A DNA stretch of 64,000 nt from a virus (taxonomy: Duplodnaviria > Caudoviricetes), in IMG/VR virus record IMGVR_UViG_3300009682_000003, positions 8,724 to 72,723 of that record. The stretch is one strand, 5' to 3'. This document shows, one piece after another, positions 1 to 8,527 of the stretch (position 1 is its first letter; each line of letters begins with the position of its first letter). The translations under genes were made by a program, and so were the position numbers. Below the pieces are notes generated by a model. That model worked only from the letters and a program-made list of their open reading frames with translations. It did no database searches and was not told the origin of the DNA.

Positions 1-299
1 TGCTCCCAAGCGGCCTGGATCGCCTGGGCCTTGACCACGTCGTCGGGCGAGCCGTACGAAGAGAAGTCGCAGCCCTGCGTGTCCACCTCTTGCGTGCAGA
101 TCCCGTGCACGTAGTCAAACACGCGCTGGTTGAGCTGGCATGCAACGTCTGGGTCGTCTGGGTTGCGGCAGACGCCGCAGTGGCAGATCAGTCCAGGGTT
201 GCATCGGTCGTGACTGAAGCAGAACGCGCACTCGGAGCCTGGTGCGATCTGCTCGTACGGCACGCGGTCGGGAGCGGTGCAGGGGGATTGCCAGGTCAT
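1..299 (-). CDS. Cys-rich hypothetical protein, runs off the left edge (partial)
   Basis: Manual translation MTWQSPCTAPDRVPYEQIAPGSECAFCFSHDRCNPGLICHCGVCRNP...; open to position 1; TACACT-N6-ATG upstream. Confidence 0.7.
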   Translation of the reverse strand, partial: MTWQSPCTAPDRVPYEQIAPGSECAFCFSHDRCNPGLICHCGVCRNPDDPDVACQLNQRVFDYVHGICTQEVDTQGCDFSSYGSPDDVVKAQAIQAAWE

Positions 300-473
300 G
301 CCGGCAGTGTACGCCGGATAGGCCAGCCCGCGCGCCCAAATGCGCGAGGGCTGGTGCCGCCCGCGCGGAGCGCCGGGGGGGCGAGCGCACCGGCTAGCAG
401 CGCGTATAGGCTACGGCGCGCCGTTCGGCGCGGTCAAGGCACTGTGTGGCACTGGGGGGGGGGAAAAGGCGAA

Positions 474-827
474 CTACTCGTTTTCGGGCTCGTCGTCGTC
501 GCCCTCGTAGTCGGGCGCGTGCTTTTCGGCCTCCTCGCCGTAAGCGTCCACGTCCTCGATGCCGCAGCCGATTCCGAGGAAATGGTCGTCGGCTTCCGCG
601 AGCGACCAGCGCCCGCCGCGAGCGACCAGCGAGGCCGGGATCAGGCCTGCCGCCCCGTCACGCAGCAGCGCAATGGCTGCGACGGGCTGGTAGTCGGCCT
701 CTCCTTCCTCCGTCCAGAACGCGGCCTGGAAGCCCTCTTGGAGCGGCAGCACGCGCTCCATGGTGAGCTTGCCGAGCCCGGTTCCCGCGTCCTTCGTCCC
801 CTTGGTTGCCCTTCTCGGTGTCGTCAT
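474..827 (-). CDS. Hypothetical protein with acidic C-terminus
   Basis: ATG at 827 with GGGAGGA Shine-Dalgarno (SD); MTTPRRATKG... Confidence 0.75.
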   Translation of the reverse strand: MTTPRRATKGTKDAGTGLGKLTMERVLPLQEGFQAAFWTEEGEADYQPVAAIALLRDGAAGLIPASLVARGGRWSLAEADDHFLGIGCGIEDVDAYGEEAEKHAPDYEGDDDEPENE

Positions 828-1039
828 GGTCCGGTTCCTCCCTTGTGCATCATCGCCGCGCACGGGCGGCACAGTGTCAGCGTGAGGCCCGATTCGGGCC
901 ACTCGACGGTCGTGAAGTCGTCGCCCGCCAGCGCGCGAGCGTCCTCGGGCGTCTGCGCCATCGGGCCTCGCTGCCGGCACCCAGGCGCCTGGCACGTCAC
1001 CGCGCAGGCCTGGACGGTTTCGACGTTGTGCTCAGCCAC
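824..1039 (-). CDS. Small Zn-finger-like protein
   Basis: CxxxxC and CxxC motifs; AAGGAG SD; overlaps the next start. Confidence 0.7.
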   Translation of the reverse strand: MAEHNVETVQACAVTCQAPGCRQRGPMAQTPEDARALAGDDFTTVEWPESGLTLTLCRPCAAMMHKGGTGP

Positions 1040-1268
1040 CGTTCTGCTCCTTCTTTGCGGCGCGCCGCACCCTGCGCGACACGTCGGCGTACACGTTCGC
1101 CGTCACGAGCGCCAGGGCCATGTGCTCTGGCGCCACAGCGTCTGCGCCCTCGCGCGTTGCCGCGCGCTCCGCTGCGGTGCGCAGGGCTTGCGTAGCCAGG
1201 TCGAGCCAGTGCTCGGCCACGGGCGTCCAGTTCCTACGATTGCGTTTCGTCTGGTTCTTCTTCGGCAT
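1032..1268 (-). CDS. Small basic hypothetical protein
   Basis: ATG at 1268 with AAGGGG SD; MPKKNQTKRNRR... Confidence 0.7.
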   Translation of the reverse strand: MPKKNQTKRNRRNWTPVAEHWLDLATQALRTAAERAATREGADAVAPEHMALALVTANVYADVSRRVRRAAKKEQNGG

Positions 1269-1300
1269 GTGTTTCCCCTTCTGGGCGCCATGGGCGCCCG

Positions 1301-1564
1301 CTATCGAACACCAGGCAGCGCACCTTGCGTCTTGCGGTGCCACCTGTAGACCGCCACGACGGCGCGCATGGGCACCCAGCGCGGCTGGGCCTCCTCGCCG
1401 TGGTGGGGCATCACTCGCACAGCGGCAGCCTTGCCGCCGCGCCTCCCTCCGCAGTACCTCCAGCGGTGGCCGTCCTGAAAATAGTGCACAACGTCGCCCT
1501 CCTCGGGCAGGTCGTGCACCAGGACGAAGACTCGGCCACGCGCCTTGATCTGCTCAGCGACCAC
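1301..1564 (-). CDS. Hypothetical protein
   Basis: Fills the operon gap; GAAAGGTGAG SD upstream. Confidence 0.6.
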   Translation of the reverse strand: MVAEQIKARGRVFVLVHDLPEEGDVVHYFQDGHRWRYCGGRRGGKAAAVRVMPHHGEEAQPRWVPMRAVVAVYRWHRKTQGALPGVR

Positions 1565-1567
1565 GTC

Positions 1568-2731
1568 TCACCTTTCGTCCTCGCTCTCGCCCCCGTAGGC
1601 CAAGGGCTCGGTGAGCACCGTCGCGCGCATATCGATCCCGAGCTGCCGGTGCCTGACCGTCACACGCACCGCCCCGCGCCACACCGATTTGCCGGTTGGC
1701 GCGATGTCAGCGCGTCCGCACTCGCTCACCTCGATCTCGCCGCCGTCGTCCGCCAGAGCCGCCGCACGCATGGACGCTTGCCCCTCGACGAGCGCGTCGC
1801 GCACCGCGTATGCGTCGTCGCTCGGCACGCGCTCGGGCACCTCGAAATCGTAGGTGTCCACGTACGTCGCCCATTCGGGGCGCCAGTTCGGCAGCGCCTC
1901 CCGTGCGAGTCTCTGCGCCTCCTTGCCGAGCGCCTGGGTGAGGTAATCCGCCACCTCGTCGAGCGCACCGCTGCGCCCCTCCGCGGCAGCCCGCCGCATC
2001 CTCGCGGGCAGATCTGCCTGCTCGACGATCCACGCAAGCGCGTTGTCGATCCTGGCCTGCTCCTTTGCCTGCTCTATCTCGCGGCGCGCGTCCTGCTTGC
2101 GCTTCGCCTTCTCGATCCGACGCGCAAGCGCTTCCTTGAAGGCCTGCGTGTCCTTTGCGCTTCCCAACACGTCGCGCCCACCGACAGACCAGACCTGGCG
2201 GGCGTTGGTGTTGAACCGCGCCATGTCCCCCGCGTCGTGGTCGTGCGGCACACTGGTTGCGACTCCGTCGATCGTGACGACGGCGTCGTCGGGCGCCGCG
2301 AGCCACGCTGCGAGCCACGACGCCTCCCGCTTCGTCTGCTCGTCGATGAGCCGTTGCCGCTCGTTCTCCTCCTGCTCGATCCGCTGCGCGGCCAGCGCGA
2401 GCTGCTCGTCCACACGCACCGCCTTGGCCGCGGGAGCGATCGACAGTACCGCGCGGAGCTGTTGATTGACCTCCTTGTCTGCCTGATAGCTGGTCTTCGC
2501 GACCGTGCCGTCCGGGTTGATCACGCAGCGGGCTTGCGCCCACGCCTTGAGCGTGGCCACAGCATCGACGGCGATCGTCCTCTGAGCGATCGGCCCGTAC
2601 TCCTCGATCCACTGCGCTCGCTCGACCATGTCCGCCGGCACCACACTGTCGGCTTCCACCAAGTACTCGACCTGCGCCAGCCGTTCCTGCGCCTCGTCCT
2701 TCTCGTCCCTGCACTCGATCTGCTCGTCCAT
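1568..2731 (-). CDS. Hypothetical coiled-coil protein (387 aa)
   Basis: GGGAGG SD; E/R/A/Q-rich helical stretches. Confidence 0.8.
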   Translation of the reverse strand: MDEQIECRDEKDEAQERLAQVEYLVEADSVVPADMVERAQWIEEYGPIAQRTIAVDAVATLKAWAQARCVINPDGTVAKTSYQADKEVNQQLRAVLSIAPAAKAVRVDEQLALAAQRIEQEENERQRLIDEQTKREASWLAAWLAAPDDAVVTIDGVATSVPHDHDAGDMARFNTNARQVWSVGGRDVLGSAKDTQAFKEALARRIEKAKRKQDARREIEQAKEQARIDNALAWIVEQADLPARMRRAAAEGRSGALDEVADYLTQALGKEAQRLAREALPNWRPEWATYVDTYDFEVPERVPSDDAYAVRDALVEGQASMRAAALADDGGEIEVSECGRADIAPTGKSVWRGAVRVTVRHRQLGIDMRATVLTEPLAYGGESEDER

Positions 2732-2850
2732 CTGTGCCTCCCGCCCGTCTCGGGCTGGTCGAGCCGGTCACCGTGACCGGCCCCGCGCTGCGAGCGCGGC
2801 TACTGCCCCCCCACGCGGGCGTCGAGGGGCAGACGTCGCGCGCGCAGCGG

Positions 2851-3147
2851 CTACGCCCACCAGGGGTTCCGCGCCCACTCGACGAACGCTGCGCGGTTCT
2901 GCGCGTCCCAGGTGGCCATCGCCTGGTCGACGTCGAAGTAGCCGCAGCGGCGGCGCTTGGCCGCTCGCGGGTTGTAGACCATGAGGACGAACTGCGCGGC
3001 GCACACCGCGCCGTCCGAGGCCGCAGCACTGCGCGCCCAGCGCGCGAGCTTGTCCGCGTTGAACGGCAGCACGCCGTCCGCCGCTTCGAGTACGTGGAAC
3101 GACAGCGCAAGCGCCGTCAGCTTGGGGTAGTGGTTGATCTGGTTCAT
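2851..3147 (-). CDS. Phage hypothetical protein
   Basis: GGGAGG SD before MNQINHYPK; ends FDVDQAMATWDAQNRAAFVEWARNPWWA. Confidence 0.8.
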   Translation of the reverse strand: MNQINHYPKLTALALSFHVLEAADGVLPFNADKLARWARSAAASDGAVCAAQFVLMVYNPRAAKRRRCGYFDVDQAMATWDAQNRAAFVEWARNPWWA

Positions 3148-3935
3148 GCTCGCTTGACCTCCCAACGTTCAGCGCCGAACGGCAACGAGCCGCCGGCCTT
3201 CCGCCTCAGTGCCTCTCGGGCGAGCGCGACGACGTGCTCGCGCTCCGCGTCCTCGCTCGCCCTCACCTGCACCGCCCCCTCGTAGGTGCCGATGCTGTAT
3301 CGTACGATCCAGGTCGCGACCTCCTCGACCGGCAGCCGGGCCGGGGGCGCCTGCGCCGGCAGCTCGACAGACCAGCGCTCGTGCGCGTTCCAGACCGGCG
3401 GTGTCTGCCCCTCGGCCTCGAACGCTCGGATGAGGGCGCGGCGCGCGATGCGCTGCACCTCGTCGGGCGCAGCGTCCGCAGGGGCCTGCACCTCGACCGT
3501 GCCCGAGCTGGTGGCGCCGTCCCGGGAGCACGACGTGCACTCGTAGTGGGCGCGCCAGGTGACCGCAGGACGGCGCCGTGGGCGGGGGGGCGCAACCTCG
3601 CCCACGACGCGCCTTGCGTCGCGCCAGGCGGCGCTCTCGGCCCAGCCCTGGGCCTCCAGGTATCGCGCCAGGTGGCGCACGACCTGGGGCTTGGTCGAGC
3701 CCTGCGCGCGGTGCTCGCGGGCCATGAGCCGGGCTGCCCCGATCGCCTCTTCGCGGCGCTCAACCTCCCGATCGGACTCGGCGCCGTGGTCGCTGACCAC
3801 GACCTGAAGCGAGGCCGTGACGGTGCTCGCGATCCAGGCCTCGACGGTAGAGCGGGGCGCCCTGCTCTTGCCGTACAGTCCCCCGATGGCCCTGAGCTGC
3901 TCGTCGTCCAGCTCGAACGTCATGCGGACCTTCAC
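3144..3935 (-). CDS. Hypothetical multi-domain protein
   Basis: GTG start coupled to the upstream stop (GTGA); internal HYECTSC motif. Confidence 0.7.
   Translation of the reverse strand: MKVRMTFELDDEQLRAIGGLYGKSRAPRSTVEAWIASTVTASLQVVVSDHGAESDREVERREEAIGAARLMAREHRAQGSTKPQVVRHLARYLEAQGWAESAAWRDARRVVGEVAPPRPRRRPAVTWRAHYECTSCSRDGATSSGTVEVQAPADAAPDEVQRIARRALIRAFEAEGQTPPVWNAHERWSVELPAQAPPARLPVEEVATWIVRYSIGTYEGAVQVRASEDAEREHVVALAREALRRKAGGSLPFGAERWEVKRA
3296..3311 (+). repeat. 16-bp near-palindrome copy A (TGTATCGTACGATCCA)
   Basis: Read directly; one of six copies. Confidence 0.85.
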
Positions 3936-4639
3936 GGCTCGCCCCCTTCCCCGTCGCCCTCGCCGTCGTCCTCGCTGACCATGTGCTCCTCGCAGTCGCC
4001 GCACATGAGTCGCGCGTCAGGCTTGGCCCAGGCGTTGGCCTGGCAGCCCGGGCAGGTGTACTTCACCTTGCTCTTGCGCCTCGCGCCGCTCCCGCCGCTG
4101 AGCGCCCCCTCGACGCAGGTGAACGGCAGCAGCCAGTCAGCCGGCATGGCCGCGTAGGCCTTTGCGAACGGGCCGTCCTCGATCACGTAGTGGGTCATGC
4201 GCTGACCGACGCGCGCACCGCCGGGCTCGCCCGTCGCGCTTGGCATGAGGCCGATCTGCTCCATCTTGTTCGCCCACTCGGCGTTGTGGTAGCCCGATCG
4301 GCTCGGCTTGCCGAAGTCCTGCTGCCACTGGTGCGCCATCTCGTGAACGATCGTGCTCGCGACGTCGCGCGGATCTCGCGCCGCGAGCGTCGCGGGGTTC
4401 AGGCTGATCTCGTGCAGCCTGGTCTTGCCCTTGCCGCCCTCGCCGGTCTGCGGCGTCCAGCGATCGGGGGCGAAGAAGCCGAGCACGCGGGGGCTCTTGC
4501 CGCGCGAGAAGTTGAGCATGACCGGCTGGAGCTTGCCGGCGAAGATCTGCTCGTTGAAGTAGTGCCAGATCCGCTGGAAGGCCTCGGCCTGGGTTAGCGT
4601 GGGCGCCTCGGCGGCGCGCTTGGCTTGCTGCTTGGTCAT
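3932..4639 (-). CDS. SprT-like zinc metalloprotease
   Basis: HEISLNP...IVHEMAHQWQ (HEXXH)...GYHNAEWANKM, C-terminal CxxC...CxxC; typical phage SprT layout. Confidence 0.9.
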   Translation of the reverse strand: MTKQQAKRAAEAPTLTQAEAFQRIWHYFNEQIFAGKLQPVMLNFSRGKSPRVLGFFAPDRWTPQTGEGGKGKTRLHEISLNPATLAARDPRDVASTIVHEMAHQWQQDFGKPSRSGYHNAEWANKMEQIGLMPSATGEPGGARVGQRMTHYVIEDGPFAKAYAAMPADWLLPFTCVEGALSGGSGARRKSKVKYTCPGCQANAWAKPDARLMCGDCEEHMVSEDDGEGDGEGGEP

Positions 4640-4863
4640 CGGTCCCCTCCCTCGGTTCGGAACCAGCCGCCGTTGCGGTACTCGACGAGGCCCAGCCGCT
4701 CCAACGCGCGGAGCTGCTGGCGCACGCTGGCCGGCTGCTCGTCGCCGGCCTTGCCCTCCACCAGGCGCGCGAGCGCGGCCTCGCGCCTGCGCCGAGCTGC
4801 GGCTTGCTTGTTGGCCTTGGCCTGGCGGTTCACCGCCGCGCCGATCTGCATCACGTCCTTCAT
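4636..4863 (-). CDS. Small protein with winged-helix-like C-terminus
   Basis: QQLRALERLGLVEYRNGGW pattern; coupled to neighbours. Confidence 0.65.
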   Translation of the reverse strand: MKDVMQIGAAVNRQAKANKQAAARRRREAALARLVEGKAGDEQPASVRQQLRALERLGLVEYRNGGWFRTEGGDR

Positions 4864-5243
4864 GACCGTCCCCTTTCGTCTTCGTCGAACGCCGGCTCCA
4901 GGTCGTATCCCATCGCGTCGTTGTAGGCCGCGACGCCCAGGCCCATGCCGGCCTGCATCGCGTGCTCGCGCAGGCCTTCGTCGTCGTCGTCGGGCGTCCG
5001 CGTCCAGTCGGGGTTCCGACGCAGCCGGCGGTCACCGCCCGTGCCTTCGAGCACGACCCACTCGCACGGGATCGGCTTGCCGTCTGCCCACCGAGGGGGC
5101 GACGCGAACACGGCCTCGGCCTCCGCGAGCGTGGCGTACTCGTCGCCCGTGATGCAGTCGTCGTTGCCCTCGTCCGGGTGGCTCTGGAAGTAGAGCACCG
5201 CGTACGGCTTGTCCTGCCACACTTCGATCTTGACTTTGGCCAT
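4860..5243 (-). CDS. Hypothetical acidic protein
   Basis: GAGGTG SD; TGATG overlap with the upstream gene. Confidence 0.75.
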   Translation of the reverse strand: MAKVKIEVWQDKPYAVLYFQSHPDEGNDDCITGDEYATLAEAEAVFASPPRWADGKPIPCEWVVLEGTGGDRRLRRNPDWTRTPDDDDEGLREHAMQAGMGLGVAAYNDAMGYDLEPAFDEDERGRS

Positions 5244-5502
5244 CACTTCACCTCTTCAAAGATTTCTAGGAACCGACTGGGGCTCGTGTATTGCTCGTTG
5301 ACGCGCGGGGCGACCTCGAAGCGCCCGCGCCCGAGGTAGGTGCCGCGCTTGAACAGCGGCTCGGTGTAGCGGTAGACGACGATCGGAGCGCCGCCGATCG
5401 TGTGATCGATCCGCAGTACGAGGCAGAACCGCTGCACGCCTTGCACGAGGCGGCGACGCTTCCACCGCGTGCCGGGCTCGATCCTGGCCATCACTTCACC
5501 TC
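5237..5502. repeat. 18-bp direct repeat pair (5237-5254, 5485-5502) bracketing one gene
   Basis: TGGCCATCACTTCACCTC twice; on the minus strand GAGGTGAAGTGATGGCCA = SD + stop + start. Confidence 0.85.
5243..5491 (-). CDS. Hypothetical basic protein
   Basis: MARIEPGTRWKRRR...; flanked by the 18-bp repeats. Confidence 0.7.
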   Translation of the reverse strand: MARIEPGTRWKRRRLVQGVQRFCLVLRIDHTIGGAPIVVYRYTEPLFKRGTYLGRGRFEVAPRVNEQYTSPSRFLEIFEEVK

Positions 5503-5730
5503 CTTCGCGTCCTTGGCGGTGATGCGGTCGAGGTTGAGCTGCCAGGCCGTCACGCGGCCCATGCCGGCAGGGAGCGTGATGCGCAACACGTCGCTCGCGC
5601 GAAGCAACCGCGCCAGCGCCTGCTACTCGTCGGCGGCAGGGATCTCGATCTCGACGCGCAGGTGTGCGCAGTCGTGTCGGTGACCGGGTCGTTCGGTGAT
5701 GTTTCCGAGGGTGAACTTGTATGTGGGCAT
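5491..5730 (-). pseudogene. 79-codon gene interrupted by one in-frame TAG (5623-5625)
   Basis: AGGAGG SD, ATG 5730, MPTYKFTLGN...IPAADE*QALARLLRASD...AKEVK, TGA overlapping the next ATG. Confidence 0.6.
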
Positions 5731-5824
5731 GCTGTCCTCCTGCGCTGGTGCGCGTCACACGGGCCTGACGTGGCCCGGCTGCTGCCCCCCACCGCTCGGG
5801 TCGAGGGGCAGCCGCCGAGCGGCG

Positions 5825-6748
5825 TCACAGCCCCGTGGCCTCGCGCACGGCGCGAACAACCCCGGCTGCGACCGGCGGGCACACCGCGTTGCCGATGCCC
5901 AGCACGGCGTCAGCACGGCTGCTGCGCGGCCACTGGTAGCTGTCGTCAAAGCCCATGGCCCGCGCGTACTCGCGGATCGTCAGCGGGCGGTACTTCGAGC
6001 CCCGCACGACGGCCCACTGGTCCTTGGTCGTGATGGTGCGGATCGGCTCGTGCACCGGGACGCCGGGGTGACCCGTGACGTGCTGCACCAGGCAGTCGCG
6101 GCCCGAGCGAGCCTGAGCGGACCTGATGCGAGCCTGCGCCCCGGGCGACGCCGCCGTGATGGGGCGCCAGCCGGGCGCCTTGGGGTCGAGGTGCGGCCAG
6201 AACGCCGGCTCGGGCACCTCGGGGTCCGCGAGGCGCAAGCGGCCAGCAGCGCTCCCCCTGAGCCCAACAATGAACAGGCGCGTTCGGCGCTGCGGCACGC
6301 CCCAGCGGCTCGCGGTCAGCAGGTGTTCCGTCAGCGTGTAGCCGAGGGCTGCGAGGGCCTGGCACCACACGTTGAACAGGCGCCACTGCTTGAACGAGGG
6401 GACGTTCTCCACCACGAGGGCGGCGGGCTCGGTCGCGTCGGCGCAGTCCACCACGGCCCAGGCCGTGGAGCGTAGCTCGTCGTGGTAGCGCCTGCGCGCC
6501 GGCTGGCTCGCCGTCGAGTGTCCCTGGCAGGCCGGCGACGCCAGCAGCACGTCGAACTCGGGCAGCGAGCCCCAGTCGGCCTGGCGCACGTCCTGGCAGG
6601 CGTGCATCGTGTTCGGGTGGTTGGAGGCGTGGGCCTCGACAGCCAGCGGCCAGTGGTTCGCGGCCCAGAGCACCTGGGCTCCAGCGGCGAGCGCCCCCGA
6701 GGTGAACCCACCCCAGCCGGCGAACAAGTCGATACAACGAACGGTCAT
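5825..6748 (-). CDS. dcm: DNA cytosine-5 methyltransferase
   Basis: Motif I DLFAGWGG, catalytic SPACQGHS, ENV, QRRTRLF, C-terminal GNAVCP. Confidence 0.95.
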   Translation of the reverse strand: MTVRCIDLFAGWGGFTSGALAAGAQVLWAANHWPLAVEAHASNHPNTMHACQDVRQADWGSLPEFDVLLASPACQGHSTASQPARRRYHDELRSTAWAVVDCADATEPAALVVENVPSFKQWRLFNVWCQALAALGYTLTEHLLTASRWGVPQRRTRLFIVGLRGSAAGRLRLADPEVPEPAFWPHLDPKAPGWRPITAASPGAQARIRSAQARSGRDCLVQHVTGHPGVPVHEPIRTITTKDQWAVVRGSKYRPLTIREYARAMGFDDSYQWPRSSRADAVLGIGNAVCPPVAAGVVRAVREATGL

Positions 6749-7052
6749 TCAGGCCTCCCGGCTCCACCGGAGCCAAGCTCGCCCCCCTCCGTGGGGGCGG
6801 TGTCCCGGGCCAACCGACCCGGCCCGGCCCACCGAGGGCCGGTCCCTTGTATGTACCAGGGTTCAGACACCAAGGCCAGAAAAATGCTTGACAGGCCATA
6901 AACCTACGTTTTCGCCTGGTTTTTTTTTCGTTGGAGCTTGGAAGGTGGGGCCGGGAACCGCGCCCCAAGGGGATCAAGCCGATCCCGTTGGGATCGCCGG
7001 CTGGGGACGGGACCGGGAGGCCGGGAGGGAGGGGACCAAGCCCCCCGGCCCG

Positions 7053-7661
7053 TCACCGTGCGTCGTACGATACACGGAGCAGGTGCGGGTCGAGCTGTTC
7101 GTCGGTCCACCCGCCCACGGTCGCCCAGCGGTCCCCGAGAGCCACCCGAGCAGCCGAGGCGCGCAGGCCCCGCCAGCAGGCGCCCCCTGCGTACGCTGCA
7201 AGACGGTGCAGGTGCGGGTTAGACCTGCACTGGCCGTACGAGCTGCGAAGCACCGTCAGGCCCACCGCGGCGCACTTGCGTGGGTCGTCCAGCAGCTCTG
7301 GCCCGGTCCACCCGCGGGTGTAGGTGTTCGCGGTCCCTCGCTTCCCGAGGTTGATCTGCATGTAGCACCAGCTCCGTCCGCCGTCGTTCCACCCCACTTT
7401 GGCTAGGCGCGCGCGCTCGGCCCCCGTGGCAAGGACGATCTCGCTCCAGCCCGACTCGTACTTGCTCACGGCGAGCATGAGCGCGGCTGTCCGCTTGCGG
7501 GCGTTCGGCCCCTGGAACACGGGCGCCTCGTCGGGGTTGTACGCTGCCCAGGCGACAGCGCCGGCCCACTGCTCGTACCTGGCTCGGGCGTCGTCGTCCT
7601 GCGGGGGCACCGCGGAGGTCATGAGCCCGAGCAACCATGCTGCGACTGTTGTTAGATCCAT
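7053..7661 (-). CDS. Lysozyme/lytic-transglycosylase-fold protein, putative endolysin
   Basis: KYESG catalytic Glu context, CYMQIN, hydrophobic N-terminus; downstream of holin-like genes. Confidence 0.65.
   Translation of the reverse strand: MDLTTVAAWLLGLMTSAVPPQDDDARARYEQWAGAVAWAAYNPDEAPVFQGPNARKRTAALMLAVSKYESGWSEIVLATGAERARLAKVGWNDGGRSWCYMQINLGKRGTANTYTRGWTGPELLDDPRKCAAVGLTVLRSSYGQCRSNPHLHRLAAYAGGACWRGLRASAARVALGDRWATVGGWTDEQLDPHLLRVSYDAR
7059..7074 (-). repeat. 16-bp near-palindrome copy B (TGCGTCGTACGATACA on +)
   Basis: Read directly; in the last codons of the endolysin gene. Confidence 0.85.
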
Positions 7662-7740
7662 GCGCGGGTCGTACAGCCGGCGCGATCAGGGCGCAACCCG
7701 CGGTGGACGACTCGACGACCCGGAATTTCGATCCCAGGGG

Positions 7741-7899
7741 CTAGGGGTCCGACGAGAAATCTTGCCCCGCCGACGCAACCCCGGTGGGCGCCGCCGCGCA
7801 CCCGTGGGCGACCGCCGCCATGGCGACGCCGAACACCACGGACACGACCGCGAACACTTTGAGCACCCGCAGGCCCGTTCGGCTGATCAACGTTTGCAT
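7741..7899 (-). CDS. 52-aa putative lipoprotein (o-spanin-like)
   Basis: Manual translation MQTLISRTGLRVLKVFAVVSVVFGVAMAAVAHGCAAAPTG...; GAGGTG SD; lipobox is imperfect. Confidence 0.5.
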   Translation of the reverse strand: MQTLISRTGLRVLKVFAVVSVVFGVAMAAVAHGCAAAPTGVASAGQDFSSDP

Positions 7900-8267
7900 G
7901 CTGCACCTCGCTGCGCGCAGAGCGCGGCTACGTTCTGTTCCAAGGCGCTAACGCGGCGCTGGAGCTCCCGCAAGTCCCCGGCCTGGTCGGTCGTGTCCTT
8001 GCTGCATTCCCGCAATCCGGCCTGCGCTTCGTTGACGCCCCGCTCGAGCGACACGGCGTGGACGACGTGGTCGCTCAGGCGCTTGTCGAGCGTTTCGACG
8101 GATTGCGCAACGCTGCGCAGCGAAGCAAGACTGGCACCCGCGCCGAAGATGACCGGGATCAGCCAAAGCACGAACGGGATGTACTTGCTTGCGCCCTTGT
8201 CGGGCTCGGGGGAGTTGTCTCTTCCAGCAGCCACGACGCTGTACCTACCCGGGCTTCTGTCCGCCAT
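7887..8267 (-). CDS. Single-TM coiled-coil protein (i-spanin-like)
   Basis: TM YIPFVLWLIPVIFGAGA followed by a heptad coiled coil and C-terminal Cys; lies in the lysis cassette. Confidence 0.6.
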   Translation of the reverse strand: MADRSPGRYSVVAAGRDNSPEPDKGASKYIPFVLWLIPVIFGAGASLASLRSVAQSVETLDKRLSDHVVHAVSLERGVNEAQAGLRECSKDTTDQAGDLRELQRRVSALEQNVAALCAQRGAACKR

Positions 8268-8508
8268 TCGGAAAGCCTCGCCGCAAGTCCTGGGCGACGG
8301 ACACGCCGCCTACCGCAAGAACGAAGACCATGATCCCGCGACCCGCCCATGCGGGAAGCTGCGCGAGCTGCGCGAGTGACACGAGCGCCGCGACCAGCGC
8401 GACGGCAAGCACGACCCAGGCGCCATCGAGCTTGGGCACCCGGCGGCGCAAGGCGGCGACCGCCGCGATCACGATTGCCACCTGCTCGGGCATAGACAGG
8501 TCGTCCAT
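8245..8508 (-). CDS. Putative holin
   Basis: 87 aa, 2-3 hydrophobic segments, charged C-terminus. Confidence 0.65.
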   Translation of the reverse strand: MDDLSMPEQVAIVIAAVAALRRRVPKLDGAWVVLAVALVAALVSLAQLAQLPAWAGRGIMVFVLAVGGVSVAQDLRRGFPNGGQKPG

Positions 8509-8527
8509 GCCACCAAGTTACCACCGC

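Noticed and set aside
5623-5625. Genome-wide TAG reassignment
   Set aside because: Several well-defined genes end at TAG and no suppressor tRNA is seen.
6888-6910. Promoter at TTGACA 6888
   Set aside because: The nearest TANNNT is only 11 nt away and no plus-strand gene follows.
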